64,000 nucleotides of DNA. It comes from an uncultured Chloroflexia bacterium. Its GTDB lineage: Bacteria; Chloroflexota; Anaerolineae; CG2-30-64-16. The notes beneath the pieces were generated by a model. That model saw nothing but the letters and a program-made list of their open reading frames with translations, had not been told where the DNA came from and searched no databases. Position numbers and translations under genes: made by a program. The stretch spans positions 1,216,001-1,280,000 of the forward strand of contig CAVZDU010000001.1 of the NCBI GenBank assembly GCA_963774265.1, in the 5' to 3' direction. Shown piece by piece: positions 1-12,488 of the stretch (the stretch's first letter is position 1; every line of letters starts with the position of its first letter).

Positions 1-582
1 GCCGACCTCGTCCTTTGGCTCAACGGCCCTGAATCAGCCGGGCTGATGCCGGTGTTGGAAGCAGGGATCGCCCACTACGAGCTGGTTCGCATTCATCCCT
101 TTGTGGATGGCAATGGTCGCACGGCCCGGGCGTTGGCAACCCTGGTTCTGTGCCAGAGAGGTTTTGACACCAAGCGATACTTTGCCCTGGACGAGTATTA
201 CAACCAGGATCGCGCCGGCTACTATGAAGCCCTGCGGTCCGTTGATCCAGGAACTCGGGATCTCACGGAGTGGCTGGAGTACTTCGTGCAAGGGATTGCA
301 GTCGAGATCACGCGAGTCGAGCGCCGCGTGCAGGAAATGGCCACCCTATGGGATCTTGAGGCCCAAGCCCAACAGATATCGCTCAACGTGCGCCAGATCA
401 AGCTGCTCGAGTTTCTGCGTCAAAGCAAGGGCGGTATCGGCAATCATGAATATCAGGGCCTGTTTCACGTCTCAAAGAGAACAGCCAGCAACGATCTGGC
501 CGAATTGGTCAGCCACGGTCTTCTGACGGTTGAAGGCGCCGGGCCTGCGACGCGCTATCGGCTGAGCCCTGCCAGTGGCTGA
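1..582 (+). CDS. Fic family protein with C-terminal winged HTH (5' end outside window)
   Basis: Canonical Fic motif HPFVDGNGRTAR; C-terminal 'YQGLFHVSKRTASNDLAELV..G.GPATRY' wHTH; frame is open from base 1. Confidence 0.9.
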   Translation, partial: ADLVLWLNGPESAGLMPVLEAGIAHYELVRIHPFVDGNGRTARALATLVLCQRGFDTKRYFALDEYYNQDRAGYYEALRSVDPGTRDLTEWLEYFVQGIAVEITRVERRVQEMATLWDLEAQAQQISLNVRQIKLLEFLRQSKGGIGNHEYQGLFHVSKRTASNDLAELVSHGLLTVEGAGPATRYRLSPASG

Positions 583-615
583 TTGCCCGATTAATTGCTC
601 GATTATTGCCCGATA
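582..615. repeat. Three near-tandem copies of ATTGCYCGATW directly after the Fic stop
   Basis: attgcccgatt (582-592), attgctcgatt (594-604), attgcccgata (605-615). Confidence 0.6.
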
Positions 616-748
616 GACGATACGAGGCATTGTTGCCCCATCTGGCCAACGTCACGCTCTGGCGCTTCGAGGGCAGCCTGCTCCGCCTGCGTTACCGGCT
701 CATCCAGCGCGCGGCCGGCGAGAGCTGGAACAATTCGATCCCCTCGCG

Positions 749-3700
749 TTATTTGCGCTTGCGCCGGCGGGCGAGCGCTGCGGTGACGGCGAGGAAGGCC
801 GCGGCCAGGGCGGGCAGGGCCACCGGGGGGGCGGACGAGCCGGCGATGGCGGTCAGGTGGGCCGCGTTTGGCTCGGCGGCGACAAACGCGATGGGCGCGT
901 GGCGCGTCCTGGCGCCGTCCAGCGCGAGGTCTTCGAGCTGATAGTAGTGGGTCGAGACGGGATCGGCGGAGGGATCGAGCCACCGGTAGGCGTGGCCCTC
1001 GCTCGAGCCGGGCGCGACCGCGGGGATCAGCGCCTGGTTGAGCTTCGTCCAGGAGCCCTGAGGCGATGACGCGCGGTAGAGGTTGAAGCCGGCGTTGTTA
1101 AACTCGGAGACGGTTTCCCAGGTGATGAGGATGCCGGCCGGCGTGAGGGCCGCATCGATGGCCGCGAGGCGCACGGCCAACGGGCCGGGTGCGAACGTGT
1201 AGTCCTCGGCTTCGCCGCCATCCGCACGGCCGATCGGCTCCAGCGACGCATCGGCTGCCTGGAGTGTCGACGGGGATGTGCAGGCGGACACCGAGGGATC
1301 GGGCGCGGGCACAAGCCGGAAGCGCATATTGTACACCGCGGTGGAGCTGATCGCGCCGATGGGGATCGCGAAGGTGACAGGTTGATCCACGCCGGGCAGC
1401 AGGGGCACGCCATCGATCACTTTCTCGGCCGCGCTCCAACGCCCATCAGGGGTGTGGGCCGAGCCTTCCCCCGGGTCAGCGCCCGTGTAGTCGAGCCAGG
1501 CGTGGAGACACGCGTATTCGCCCGGGGCGCCGGTGACCGTGACGGCAACCTCGCCCTGGCCGTCGTTCCAACTGCTTTCTCCGCGCAGCACGCCGTCGTC
1601 GGGATCGCCCCCTGATTGGTCCCCCCAGAGCGTTCCCAGGCGCAGGGCGCCCTGCCCCGTATGCCAGGCCAGTCCGTAGTCACCGCCCAGGTCGCTCCGG
1701 TCGGGGAGCAGGGCGAGTCCGATGAGGATGGGGTCATGGCTCGCCGCGCGGTAGGGATCGGCGTTGTAGAGGCCAGCCTGTTGCGCGGCGGACTTGTTTT
1801 CCACGTTGTAGTCCAGCGCGCCCGGCTCGTCGGCATTGATGTGCCACGGCTCGGCGCCGATCACCTGGGGCAGCAGCGCGGCGCTGGCCAGGCCGCGGTC
1901 GCCCGCGCCGGACAGCCCATCCCAAACGACCGTGTAAGCCGTGCTGCCGGCACCCAGGGAGAGCAGGTCCGTGTAGCCGCCCGCGACGAGCGTCCTGATG
2001 GGGGCTTCGCGGGCGAACGCGTTGGCGTCGCCGACCCACAGGAAGTCAGGATCGCCGGCCCCGGTGGGGTCGGCGGCCAGCCAGGCCAGGAGCGCCTCCG
2101 CGGCTTGCGTGCGCAGGGCGTTCCAGCAGCCCTGCCCGTCGCCCTGATCGGCATCGTCGCCACTGGCCGGACAGCCATCCCGTTGGGGGAGATCGTTCAC
2201 GACGACCGTGAGCCGCTCGCCCCACTCGCCCTCCTCGAAGGTTTGCGCCATCGGAACGTGGTCAGCCAGCGGGAGTTGCGTGAACGCGCCTGTCTCCGGC
2301 TTTGCGGGAGAACCGACCGGCGTCACCCGCGCGGGCTGATAGACGATCGCAACGGTTGCGGCGCCGCTGCCCCAGGGGACGCCCGCACCGGGAACGACGT
2401 AGGCATAGGCGCCGGGCGCCGAGGCGTTCAACCCGTCAACCAGATCGTCCAGCGCGCCGGCATCGCCGTAGCCGTCGTTTTCGATGCCCGTCACGCCCAG
2501 AATGTCCGTATCCAGGGCCAGCAACGCGGAGATCAGCTTGGCGCGCTGCCGCATGAACTCCCCGGCGCTGCCGGCGCCCAGGGAGCCGGTGAAGTCGCCG
2601 CTCCCGTCCCCGTTGAAGTAGTGACCGAGGTTCACCCCTGCCACGCGCACGTTCGCGCCGGTCAGCGCGGGGACCGAAGGACGCCCATTGGCCGGCGTGA
2701 AGGACACCGTGCCGACGGGTTGGACCCGATAGCCTCCCACCCCCTGATCGACCACGCCGGCCAGGCCTGTGGGGAGGGTGTCGCCCACACGTAGCGTGTG
2801 GCCTGCCGACAGGCCGGGATCGGGATGCACGATGGGGTCGGGGTGTTCGATGAGCACACCATCATCGAGCGTGATGCTGCGCAGGGCGATTCCCTCCTGA
2901 AACGCGGCAAAGCCAGCGACAGCGGGATCGTTCAGCTCCGTGTAGTGCCAGGGCCGATCCCCCTCCATAAGCCGGACCTGGCCGAGCGAGGCGAGCTCAT
3001 CGGTCCCGGTCACGGTGAGCAGGGAAGGGATCGTGACCAGCATGCCCTCGTAGTGCTCCCAAAGGTCTGCGGCCGACGCGGGCAGCGCGACGGCGGCCGG
3101 GGAGGGGAGGCCGGCTGAACCACAGGCGGCGAGCGATGTGATATTCGCCAGCGTTGTCAGCCCGTCAACCTCGGCCACGACGCCCGTGACGCGCACGCGG
3201 TCACCCGCCCCGACGTCCAGGGTCGACGCTGGCCCTTCGGCCACGAAGAGCGCCTCGGAGGTCAGCGGGTCAGCATCGGCGTCGGCGGCTTCCTCCTGAA
3301 CAAAGAAACCGGACAGCTTAGCAGCCCCCTGGAAGTCGCCCACGACGACGCCCTCGATGGTGCGGGTCGATCCGGCCAATGGGCTGGCGGCTGACGCGGC
3401 CTGGACCTCGTGGATGTGATCGGCGGGGTCCCCGCAGGCGTCAGGCGTGGGACCGGGGCAAGTGTGCGCCGGGGAGGCGCTGTTGCGGGGAGCAGGGGGT
3501 AGGATCTCGAAGTCGGCGGCGTTGTCGTCCGTGTCTGTGCAACCGCCGTCCCTGCGTACGGCGGCTGTGGTCGTGCTCGTGGGGGGTGTTGGCCCGGAGC
3601 CCTCCCAGTGGTTGGCGGCGCCATACCCGACATAATCGATGATATCCGGATCGCCTGCAATTTCGATGCGGTACGTGTTCGTAACCAGTGCAACTCTCCC

Positions 3701-4102
3701 ACTTAAGGGCTTCGACGTCATTCCCGCAAACTGTGCGTCGGCAGTGGGGAGAGGCAGACCTGCAGTGCCGCATTCGCCAGCTATCAGCGCGTACTGATAG
3801 GCCCCGATGCTCGCTGCCAGGGGCTTATGGACGGTGAACGTCAGCGAACCGGTACCGGTGGCTAACGCAGTCTGTAAGGACCATCCCACCAGGGACACCG
3901 GCGAGTCGCCGGCATTGAAGAGCTCGACGAAGGTGCAACTGTATGTTGAATCGAGCTTTGCCCCGCCCAGATACACCTGGCTGATACGTACATTGGGCGA
4001 GATCACTTCGGGAGCGGATGCGCCTGCGGGCGTGAAGGCGGAGAAGAGGACGAAAAGGACGACGGCGAATCGGACACGCGACGAGACGGCAGTGGGTGGC
4101 AT
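749..4102 (-). CDS. ExeM/NucH-family extracellular nuclease-like surface protein (signal peptide, lamin-tail domain, OB fold, EEP domain, GEVED, Ig-like domain, C-terminal anchor)
   Basis: 1117 aa; 'VRISQVY..FVELFN' LTD; 'IHEVQ..SPLAG..TIEGVVVGDFQ..GFFVQE' OB fold; 'EHYEGMLV', 'WHINADEP..LDYN..HDP' ExeM motifs; 'GEAEDY'; hydrophobic tail plus RRRKRK. Confidence 0.85.
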   Translation of the reverse strand: MPPTAVSSRVRFAVVLFVLFSAFTPAGASAPEVISPNVRISQVYLGGAKLDSTYSCTFVELFNAGDSPVSLVGWSLQTALATGTGSLTFTVHKPLAASIGAYQYALIAGECGTAGLPLPTADAQFAGMTSKPLSGRVALVTNTYRIEIAGDPDIIDYVGYGAANHWEGSGPTPPTSTTTAAVRRDGGCTDTDDNAADFEILPPAPRNSASPAHTCPGPTPDACGDPADHIHEVQAASAASPLAGSTRTIEGVVVGDFQGAAKLSGFFVQEEAADADADPLTSEALFVAEGPASTLDVGAGDRVRVTGVVAEVDGLTTLANITSLAACGSAGLPSPAAVALPASAADLWEHYEGMLVTIPSLLTVTGTDELASLGQVRLMEGDRPWHYTELNDPAVAGFAAFQEGIALRSITLDDGVLIEHPDPIVHPDPGLSAGHTLRVGDTLPTGLAGVVDQGVGGYRVQPVGTVSFTPANGRPSVPALTGANVRVAGVNLGHYFNGDGSGDFTGSLGAGSAGEFMRQRAKLISALLALDTDILGVTGIENDGYGDAGALDDLVDGLNASAPGAYAYVVPGAGVPWGSGAATVAIVYQPARVTPVGSPAKPETGAFTQLPLADHVPMAQTFEEGEWGERLTVVVNDLPQRDGCPASGDDADQGDGQGCWNALRTQAAEALLAWLAADPTGAGDPDFLWVGDANAFAREAPIRTLVAGGYTDLLSLGAGSTAYTVVWDGLSGAGDRGLASAALLPQVIGAEPWHINADEPGALDYNVENKSAAQQAGLYNADPYRAASHDPILIGLALLPDRSDLGGDYGLAWHTGQGALRLGTLWGDQSGGDPDDGVLRGESSWNDGQGEVAVTVTGAPGEYACLHAWLDYTGADPGEGSAHTPDGRWSAAEKVIDGVPLLPGVDQPVTFAIPIGAISSTAVYNMRFRLVPAPDPSVSACTSPSTLQAADASLEPIGRADGGEAEDYTFAPGPLAVRLAAIDAALTPAGILITWETVSEFNNAGFNLYRASSPQGSWTKLNQALIPAVAPGSSEGHAYRWLDPSADPVSTHYYQLEDLALDGARTRHAPIAFVAAEPNAAHLTAIAGSSAPPVALPALAAAFLAVTAALARRRKRK

Positions 4103-4175
4103 ATGGCTGCTCCTTTGGTAGCGTCGATGATTAGGCCAATGAAGGAGACTAACGAATCATACACCCAAATCGCGG

Positions 4176-5258
4176 CTACGGCGCAGCGGATTTCGAAGAA
4201 ATATATGTTGGATGCACCCCAAAAGTTGCAAGTTTCTCTGGATTATTGCGCCAGGCGTCCCAGGCCTCAGGTGTTTCTGTGAGCGCAGATAGCACCGACG
4301 TGAAGGCGTCATTGACGGGGGTGGGGATGCCGGCCCGTGCACCGGCCCGCGAGACCGCGCCGTTGAGCCAGGACACCTCGGAGCGCTTGCCTGACGAGAG
4401 CGCGACGTGCAGCGAAGGCATCTTGCTGCCGCGGCCGCCTGAGACGGTGGCCGCGAGGCCGCGGCCCAGCCAGGACGCGGGGAGCATCGGAACGATGGGC
4501 GCCAGGAGGGGGAGCGGATAGGAGGCCAGGCGCACGGGCCGAATGCGCTGGGCCGCCATCACGCGGAAAGCCTCCTGCCATGCGCGCGCCTCCAGCCCGG
4601 CGGTCGTCCGGTGCGCCATGACCTGGGCCGGCGTCCAATCCAGGATCGCGCATGCGGCGTTCGCGGGCAGGTTGAGCAGCAGTTTGGACCATTTGAGGCG
4701 CAGGTAGTCGTCAAAAAGATCCACAGCCAGGCCGGCCGCGACCAGGAGTCCCGCCGCACCGGCGACCGGCGCAGCGGCTGCGACCGGGGCGAGGCCGGCG
4801 CGGTAGCGCGGCCGATGCGCGGTGACGGTCCCCTGCTCGTCGAGAGAAAGGGGAGTCTCGATGGCGCCCGCGATGATGCGGTGTGGGCCGAACGCCGCGG
4901 CCAGGGACTCTTCATTGCCGACGCCATTTTGGAGGCTGAGCAGGGGGGGCGGCTCGGAAACCGCCACTGTGAGTTCCTCGATGACGGCCGCGGTATCGTA
5001 CGCCTTGACCGTCAGGAACGCGAGATCGTACTGTGAGGCAGCAAAGGCCTCAGCGAGGGTGGTGAACGCGGGCAGCGGGGGCGTCTGGCGCTCGCCACCG
5101 GGCTCGACCAGGCGGATGCCTGTGGTCCGCGCGATCTGCACGATGGAGGGGCGCCCCACCAGCGTGACGCGGCTTCCCGCGAGGGCCAGCCGTGCGCCGA
5201 TGAAGGAGCCGACTGCGCCCGCGCCGATGATCAGGACGCGAAGGTCAGAGGAGGCCAT
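4176..5258 (-). CDS. panE: 2-dehydropantoate 2-reductase (ketopantoate reductase) family
   Basis: GAGAVG Rossmann motif, 'TVKAYD', 'LQNGVG', 'KWSKLLLN', 'SEV..LNG'; start set at the ATG at 5258, overlapping the glpC end. Confidence 0.8.
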   Translation of the reverse strand: MASSDLRVLIIGAGAVGSFIGARLALAGSRVTLVGRPSIVQIARTTGIRLVEPGGERQTPPLPAFTTLAEAFAASQYDLAFLTVKAYDTAAVIEELTVAVSEPPPLLSLQNGVGNEESLAAAFGPHRIIAGAIETPLSLDEQGTVTAHRPRYRAGLAPVAAAAPVAGAAGLLVAAGLAVDLFDDYLRLKWSKLLLNLPANAACAILDWTPAQVMAHRTTAGLEARAWQEAFRVMAAQRIRPVRLASYPLPLLAPIVPMLPASWLGRGLAATVSGGRGSKMPSLHVALSSGKRSEVSWLNGAVSRAGARAGIPTPVNDAFTSVLSALTETPEAWDAWRNNPEKLATFGVHPTYISSKSAAP

Positions 5259-6526
5259 ACGCCCCGGCCAGCACCTGCACGGTATGCACAACAGCCAGGC
5301 CAGAGCTGCCGGCGATGTTCCAGCGGCAGGTTTCGTTGTCGCAGATGGCGGTGGACGCGCCGGACGCCTTCAGCTTGTCGAACAGGGGCTTGCCGACGGC
5401 TTGGGCGATGGCGTGCTTTTCGTGCTTGTAGCCGTAGGTGCCGGTGATGCCACAGCAGTCGATGCCCATCTCTTCCACTTTCAGCCCGGGCACGAGCCCC
5501 AACAGGTCAAGCGCAGGGCGGCCGATGCGGTGCAGCTTCTGGTGGCAGGAGGTGTGATAGGGCATGTAGCGGCCGGCTTGGGGCTTGAAATCGGTCTTGA
5601 GCCGGCCCGCCTCGTGCTGCAACCAAAGGAACTCGTTGATGTCATAGACGTGCTCGGCCACCAGCGTCGCTTCCGGCGTGTGGATGCCCAGCAATTCGCG
5701 GTAGTCTGACTTGAGCTCGAGCCCGCAGCTCGTGCCGCCCACCACGATGGGGATGCCCTGCCGGGCGTAGGGTGCGAGCTTAGCGCAGGTTCGACCGCGC
5801 ATAGCGCCGCGCCTCAGCGAAGTTGCCGTTAGACTGCATCGGCAGGCCGCAGCAGTTTTGCGCGGGCAGGATGACCTCGAAGCCATTATGCTCCAGCACC
5901 GCGACGATGGCCTTGCCGACCTCGGCTTCGTAGTGCTGCGTCGCGCAGCCGTGGAAGTAGGCGACCTTTGGCCTTGACGTGCCGGGCACAACCGAAGCAC
6001 CCGGCACGCGAGGACGACTCGAAGAACCAGCCGCGAAACTTGCTGAAGTGGAAGGTGGGGAAGGGCGCGTCCCGGTCGATGGCGACCGTTTTCTCCATGA
6101 GGATGCGCACCGGCCTGAATCTCAGCACCGCGTTGGCCAGTGGGGCGACCCAGCCGCCGACCTGGCCCAGCACCTCGTTGTAGCCGAACGCGGTATTGCG
6201 CCACCACTTGAGGTCGAATGGGTTCTTGCGAAACTGCTGTTTGCGCAGCTCGGCCTTCGCCGACGGTGTTGATCTCCATGACCTTGACGCCGTGAGGACA
6301 AACGAGCGTACAGATGCCGCAGCCGGAGCAGTAGTCCAGGGAGGCGTCGGGCGACGGCGCGCCAGGATCGCGGAACCGTTGCGCCTGGGGACCCACGTAC
6401 TTTGGCCCGGGGAATAGATCGGTCGACGGGCACGACAGGACACGCGCTGGTGCAGATGTTGCACTTGACGCAGAGGTCCGCGGTGCGCTTGATATCCTCA
6501 AGCAGCGCTGGTGTGTAGTGTTCCAT
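5245..6526 (-). CDS. glpC: Anaerobic glycerol-3-phosphate dehydrogenase subunit C (frameshifted in assembly)
   Basis: CVKCNICTSACP and CSGCGICTLVCP 4Fe-4S motifs; 'KVAYFHGC', 'QNCCGLP', 'DCCGITGTYGYK' CCG domains spread across frames. Confidence 0.85.
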
Positions 6527-7972
6527 CAGATGACTTCGACGTCGTGCGGGTGGCTTTCGGCCACGCCGGCCTGGGTGATCTGGATGAATTCGGCGTTTTC
6601 CTGGAGTTCTGCAATGGAGCGAGCGCCGGCGTAGCTCAACGCGGAGCGCACGCCGCCGACGAGCTGGTTCAGCAGATCATCCACCGAGCCCCGATAGGGA
6701 ACGGCCGCTTCAACGCCCTCGGCCACGACGCGTGACCAGGACGGATCCTCGCCGTCGCCTTCGGCCTTGCGGTCCGGACGGTCCATGGTCGCGCCCAAAG
6801 ATGCCATGCCGCGGCTGACCTTCGTCCGCCGGTTGTTGCGCAGCACCACCACGCCAGGGCTTTCGTCTGTGCCTGCCAGGAGGCTGCCGATCATGACGCT
6901 CTGCGCGCCCGCGGCCAGGGCCTTGGCGACATCCCCCGAGGTGCGAATCCCGCCGTCCGCGATGATGGGCACCCCGTAGGGCGCGGCGGCCTCGGCCGCG
7001 TCAACCACGGCGGTGAGCTGCGGCACACCGAAGCCGGTCACGATGCGGGTGATGCAGATGGAGCCTGGGCCCACGCCCACCTTGACCGCATCCGCGCCGG
7101 CTTCGATCAGATCGCGCGTGCCGGCGGCCGTGGCAACGTTGCCCGCGATGATCTCGATCGCTCCGAACGCCTGACGCAGCTCAGTTACCGCATGGATCGC
7201 GTTGTCTGAGTGGCCGTGCGCGATGTCGACCACCAACGTGTCTGCGCCCGCATCCAGCAGGAGCGCCGCGCGGTCCAGGAAGCCGGCCTGTACGCCGACC
7301 GCGGCGCCGACGCGCAGCCGGCCTTTGTGGTCCTTGGTCGAGTAGGGATGCTGCAGAGAGCGCATGATGTCTTTGGTCGTGATCAGCCCGGCCAGGCGGC
7401 CATCCGAATCGAGCAGCGGCAGTTTTTCCAGCCGGTGCTCGTGGAGGATGCGTCGCGCCTCCTCCAGGCTGGCGCCTGCGGGTGCAGTCACCATGCGGCT
7501 TGCCGGCGTCATCACGGCGCACACATCAGCGTCATCGGAAGTGAATTGCAGATCCCGGTTGGTCAGGATGCCCGCGGGCTTGCCCTGTGCGTCGATCACC
7601 ACGAGGCCGCCGATGCTGTAACGCGCCATGATGGTCCGTGCTTCGTTGCACGTGGCGCCGCAGGCGATGGTGCGGGGCGACTCGACGATGTGGCTTTCGG
7701 CGCGCTTGGCTTTGCGCACCTCTTCGACCTGACGCTCAGGCGGACATGAAGCGGTGGATGATCCCGATTCCGCCGGCGCGCGCCATGGCGACAGCCATCC
7801 GGCCTTCGGTGACGGTGTCCATGTTGGCGCTGACGATGGGAATCTCCATGTGGAGATGCCGGGTCAGCATCGTCGCGGTGCTGACGTCGCCGCGCGAACG
7901 GACCGGTGAGCGCTTCGGAACGAGCAGGACATCGTCGAAGGTGAGCCCGGGGCTGGGATGTATGTTCGCCAT
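6526..7972 (-). CDS. guaB: IMP dehydrogenase / GMP reductase family protein with CBS pair (frameshift near 7730)
   Basis: '[10 protein letters not shown]', 'SANMDTVTE', 'GIIHRF', 'VDIAHGHS', catalytic loop [11 protein letters not shown], 'IIADGG', 'AEGVE'; GGAGG before the ATG at 7972. Confidence 0.85.
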
Positions 7973-8000
7973 AGCAGCCTCCATATCGGAAGTCTCGTGG

Positions 8001-9290
8001 TCAATCGAGCAGGGTGGACACCGCACGATACGCGGTGGCGATCCAGACCCCTTCGGTTGATCCCTCATAGGGCGCATTATATCCGCTTAGCAGCCGGCCC
8101 GCGACCCGCAGATTTTCGTAGAGCACCTGGCCATCGTCCCCGGTTGGCTGCATCCGCTGGTTGGCTGTGACGCCAACATCGTGGATCGCGTGCCTGGCCG
8201 GCAGGAAGCGATCCCCGAACCAGTCTGACATGGCCCGCGTGCCGGTGAGCGGCAACCCGAACACGGTCTCACGCAGCTCGCCGTGATGGTCGCTCGTGAT
8301 GCCGCCGCCATAGAGTCCGCCAGTGGCCAGGACTGTGGCGCGCGCCCGGTACACCCTCTCACGGACTGCGCTGCCCGCGACCTGCACAGCCGCGCCGGTC
8401 ACCGCGCTGAGGCGTGCACCTTCGACCTCGCTGCGGGACGGTTCCCAGAGGCCGCGGCCGACCGGCATGTTGAGCAGCAACTGCACACCGGCGCGTGCCA
8501 GCGCATCCTTGAAGATGTTGTACAGCCGCATGCCCGGCACACTGGGCGGCAGGGTCGGGATTTCGAAAACGGGAACACCGATGAGGTCCTGCAAGTGGCG
8601 CCACGCGTGGGGATAGTCGTTCAAGCCGAGCACCGCGGGCATGCCTACGCGGCGACTCTCTTGAGTCGCTGCGCCATTGAGCCGGGCCTTGATTTGGGCG
8701 GCCACCCGTTCGCGCACGGGGGCCTGGTCAAACAGGCGGGCCAGACCCGTCGCGAGGTTGTCGAACTTGACTGCCTGGATTTCCGGCAGGTCGAACGTGA
8801 ACGGCTCAGCCTGGAAGCCCTGGCGGCATAGATTGGCGGCACACAGCGCGGGATAGAAATCACGCCACCCCCGCGGACCGGCGATGAGCATGGGGCCGGG
8901 CTGATTGAGATCGCCGGCCGTGAAGCTTTCGGGGGCAAATGCGGCAGGTATGACCGCGCCGAGCGCGGTGGGCAGTCGTAGATTGCGCTCGAAGCCTCCC
9001 ATCAGGCGGAGGCCGGCCGGCTCACACAGGTTCTGCAGTGCTGCGACGCCGGCATGGAGCGCATCGAGTCCGGCGAGGCTGTAGGGATGGCTGGGATGCC
9101 GGCCGATCCAGTCAGCCAGCCCGCTGTCGAGATCGCCCTCCGTGTCCAGCACGCCGATCCAGCCCGGCATGACGTGGGTGGTCCCGATGCCCGTGGCGAG
9201 GAGGCGCACTTTGGCGCCTCCCTGGTGGGCGAGCCATGCCGAGAACAGCCCGGCAGGGCCTCCCCCAAAGACCAGAATGTCGTCCATCAT
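8001..9290 (-). CDS. glpB: Anaerobic glycerol-3-phosphate dehydrogenase subunit B
   Basis: GGGPAG FAD motif, 'PTALG', 'PAVLG', '[14 protein letters not shown]', 'VLATGG..GG', 'RETVFGLP'. Confidence 0.9.
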   Translation of the reverse strand: MMDDILVFGGGPAGLFSAWLAHQGGAKVRLLATGIGTTHVMPGWIGVLDTEGDLDSGLADWIGRHPSHPYSLAGLDALHAGVAALQNLCEPAGLRLMGGFERNLRLPTALGAVIPAAFAPESFTAGDLNQPGPMLIAGPRGWRDFYPALCAANLCRQGFQAEPFTFDLPEIQAVKFDNLATGLARLFDQAPVRERVAAQIKARLNGAATQESRRVGMPAVLGLNDYPHAWRHLQDLIGVPVFEIPTLPPSVPGMRLYNIFKDALARAGVQLLLNMPVGRGLWEPSRSEVEGARLSAVTGAAVQVAGSAVRERVYRARATVLATGGLYGGGITSDHHGELRETVFGLPLTGTRAMSDWFGDRFLPARHAIHDVGVTANQRMQPTGDDGQVLYENLRVAGRLLSGYNAPYEGSTEGVWIATAYRAVSTLLD

Positions 9291-10867
9291 CTAAATTCCG
9301 ATGTCCAGGCGATCCAGCCCCAGGATGTCGCGGTAGATGTGCTCGTCGAGCAGCGCCTGGCGCAGGCTCTGGCCCCACAGGAGCGGACGTTGGCCCTTCC
9401 AGCGGCGCTGCGCGAAGTCAGCCAGCGCGGCGGTTGCCTGCACCGCGTCTAGCTGCGCCATTTCATGCAGGATGCCCGCCGCGCGGTAGCCGCAGAAGCC
9501 ACCCTGGCACGGCCCCATGCCCAGTCGCAGATCGCGGCGCAGGTCGTCCAGCACCCATGGCGCGGCCGGGTCGGGGTGCTGCGGCCGTCGCCTGTTCGAT
9601 CTCCGCGCGTGTGACGAGCTCGCATTCGCAGACCAACTGCCCGGGCCGGTGCTCCTCTTCCAAATGCGCCAGGCGGTGTCCCAGCCAGTGCGGCTTCGCG
9701 CCGGTAGCGGCTGCCGCACGTCGGGCAGACACGAACTCTTTCGTGACGCACGGTGCGGTCACGCCGAGCTGTGCGCAGACAAGGTCGGCGGCGCGCTCGG
9801 CCATCAGCCGGTAGGTTGTGAACTTGCCGCCGACCACCGTCACCAGGCCGCCGACACCGTCGCGCTGCAGGTGATCGAGGACGGCAAAGGTGCGCTTGGC
9901 CTCGCGGCCCAGCGCACTGCCGCCTTCTTCGTAGAGCGGGCGCACGCCGGCCCAGGCGCGCAGCGCCCGCACCTGGCTGAAGCCCGGCACCATCTTCTCG
10001 CCCTCGTCCAGCATCTCTGCGGATTTCCCAGGCCTCGACGCTCGTGTCGTTCGGATCGGGCACATTGACCGAGGTTGTGCCGATGACCGCGACGGTGCCC
10101 ACGGGCACCAGGATGTCGCCGTCGCCGGGCAGGTGACAGCGGTTGATGATGGTGTTGACGAAGCGGTAGGCCATCGCGACCATGGTGCCCTTGCTGGGCC
10201 GCACGGTGACCGGGCAGCCGGCCATGCCTGCGATCTGGCCCGCCCATGCGCCGGCAGCGTTGACGACCATGGACGTGGCGAGCCGGTGCGCTCTCACCGG
10301 TCCGCTTGTTGCGCACCGTCGCGCCGATCACGCGGCCGTCCGCGACATCCAGCGCCGACGACCTCGTGGTACGTCAGCACGGTCCCATTGTGCGGCCTGG
10401 ATCGCCGCACCGAGCGCGGTGAGCACGTCGAACGAATCGCAGGACGCATCGGGCACGCGGAAGGCACGCGAAGTGAGGGGGTTGAGGCCGGGTTCTTCCT
10501 TGAGCATCTGCGCGATCGATGATTTCCTCGGCCTCGATATCGCACGCGTGACAGGCAGCGACCCACTTGTCGGCGTAAGTCAGGATCGTCGTCGGGGCGT
10601 GGTGATGAAGAATCCGCCGGTGTCCTCGATCGCGTGTGGCACGATGCGGCGCAGGATGCGGTTTTCCTCGATGCACTCGCGCGCCGATTCGGGATCGCGC
10701 ACGGCGTAGCGTCCGCCCGAGTGCAGCAGCCCGTGGTAGCGGCCCGACGTCCCGTCGGTCAGGTCGTGCCGCTCGATGAGCGCGACACGCAGCCCGCGAA
10801 GCGCCAGATCCAGCGCGCGCGCCGCCGCCGGTTGCGCCGCCGCCGATGACGAGGACATCGTACTCAT
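9291..10867 (-). CDS. glpA: Anaerobic glycerol-3-phosphate dehydrogenase subunit A (multiple frameshifts)
   Basis: '[30 protein letters not shown]', 'VVNAAGAWA', '[12 protein letters not shown]', 'VCECE', '[12 protein letters not shown]'. Confidence 0.88.
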
Positions 10868-10876
10868 GCGTTCATT

Positions 10877-12376
<1,500 letters not shown>

Positions 12377-12407
12377 GGCCTCAATCTCCTCAGTGCGGGG
12401 AACGCGT

Positions 12408-12433
12408 GTAGGGGCAGGGAAGCCTGCCCCTAC
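12408..12433. repeat. GTAG-type REP-like palindrome
   Basis: gtaggggcaggg-aag-cctgcccctac; related copies at 17618, 40522 and 47967. Confidence 0.75.
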
Positions 12434-12488
12434 GATATGGTGATGTATGGCCGGCGGGGTAACGCCGCCCCGACAGCTGCATTCCAGG

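Noticed and set aside
606-750. Short ORF start 'YEALLPHLANVTLWRFEGSLLRLRY' as a gene remnant or Fic antitoxin
   Set aside because: No RBS, it overlaps the convergent gene, and no family is recognisable
8418-8450. 'PSRSEVEG' in glpB as another REP-derived in-frame insert (gtcgaagg core)
   Set aside because: Only a half-site with no partner arm; needs an orthologue alignment
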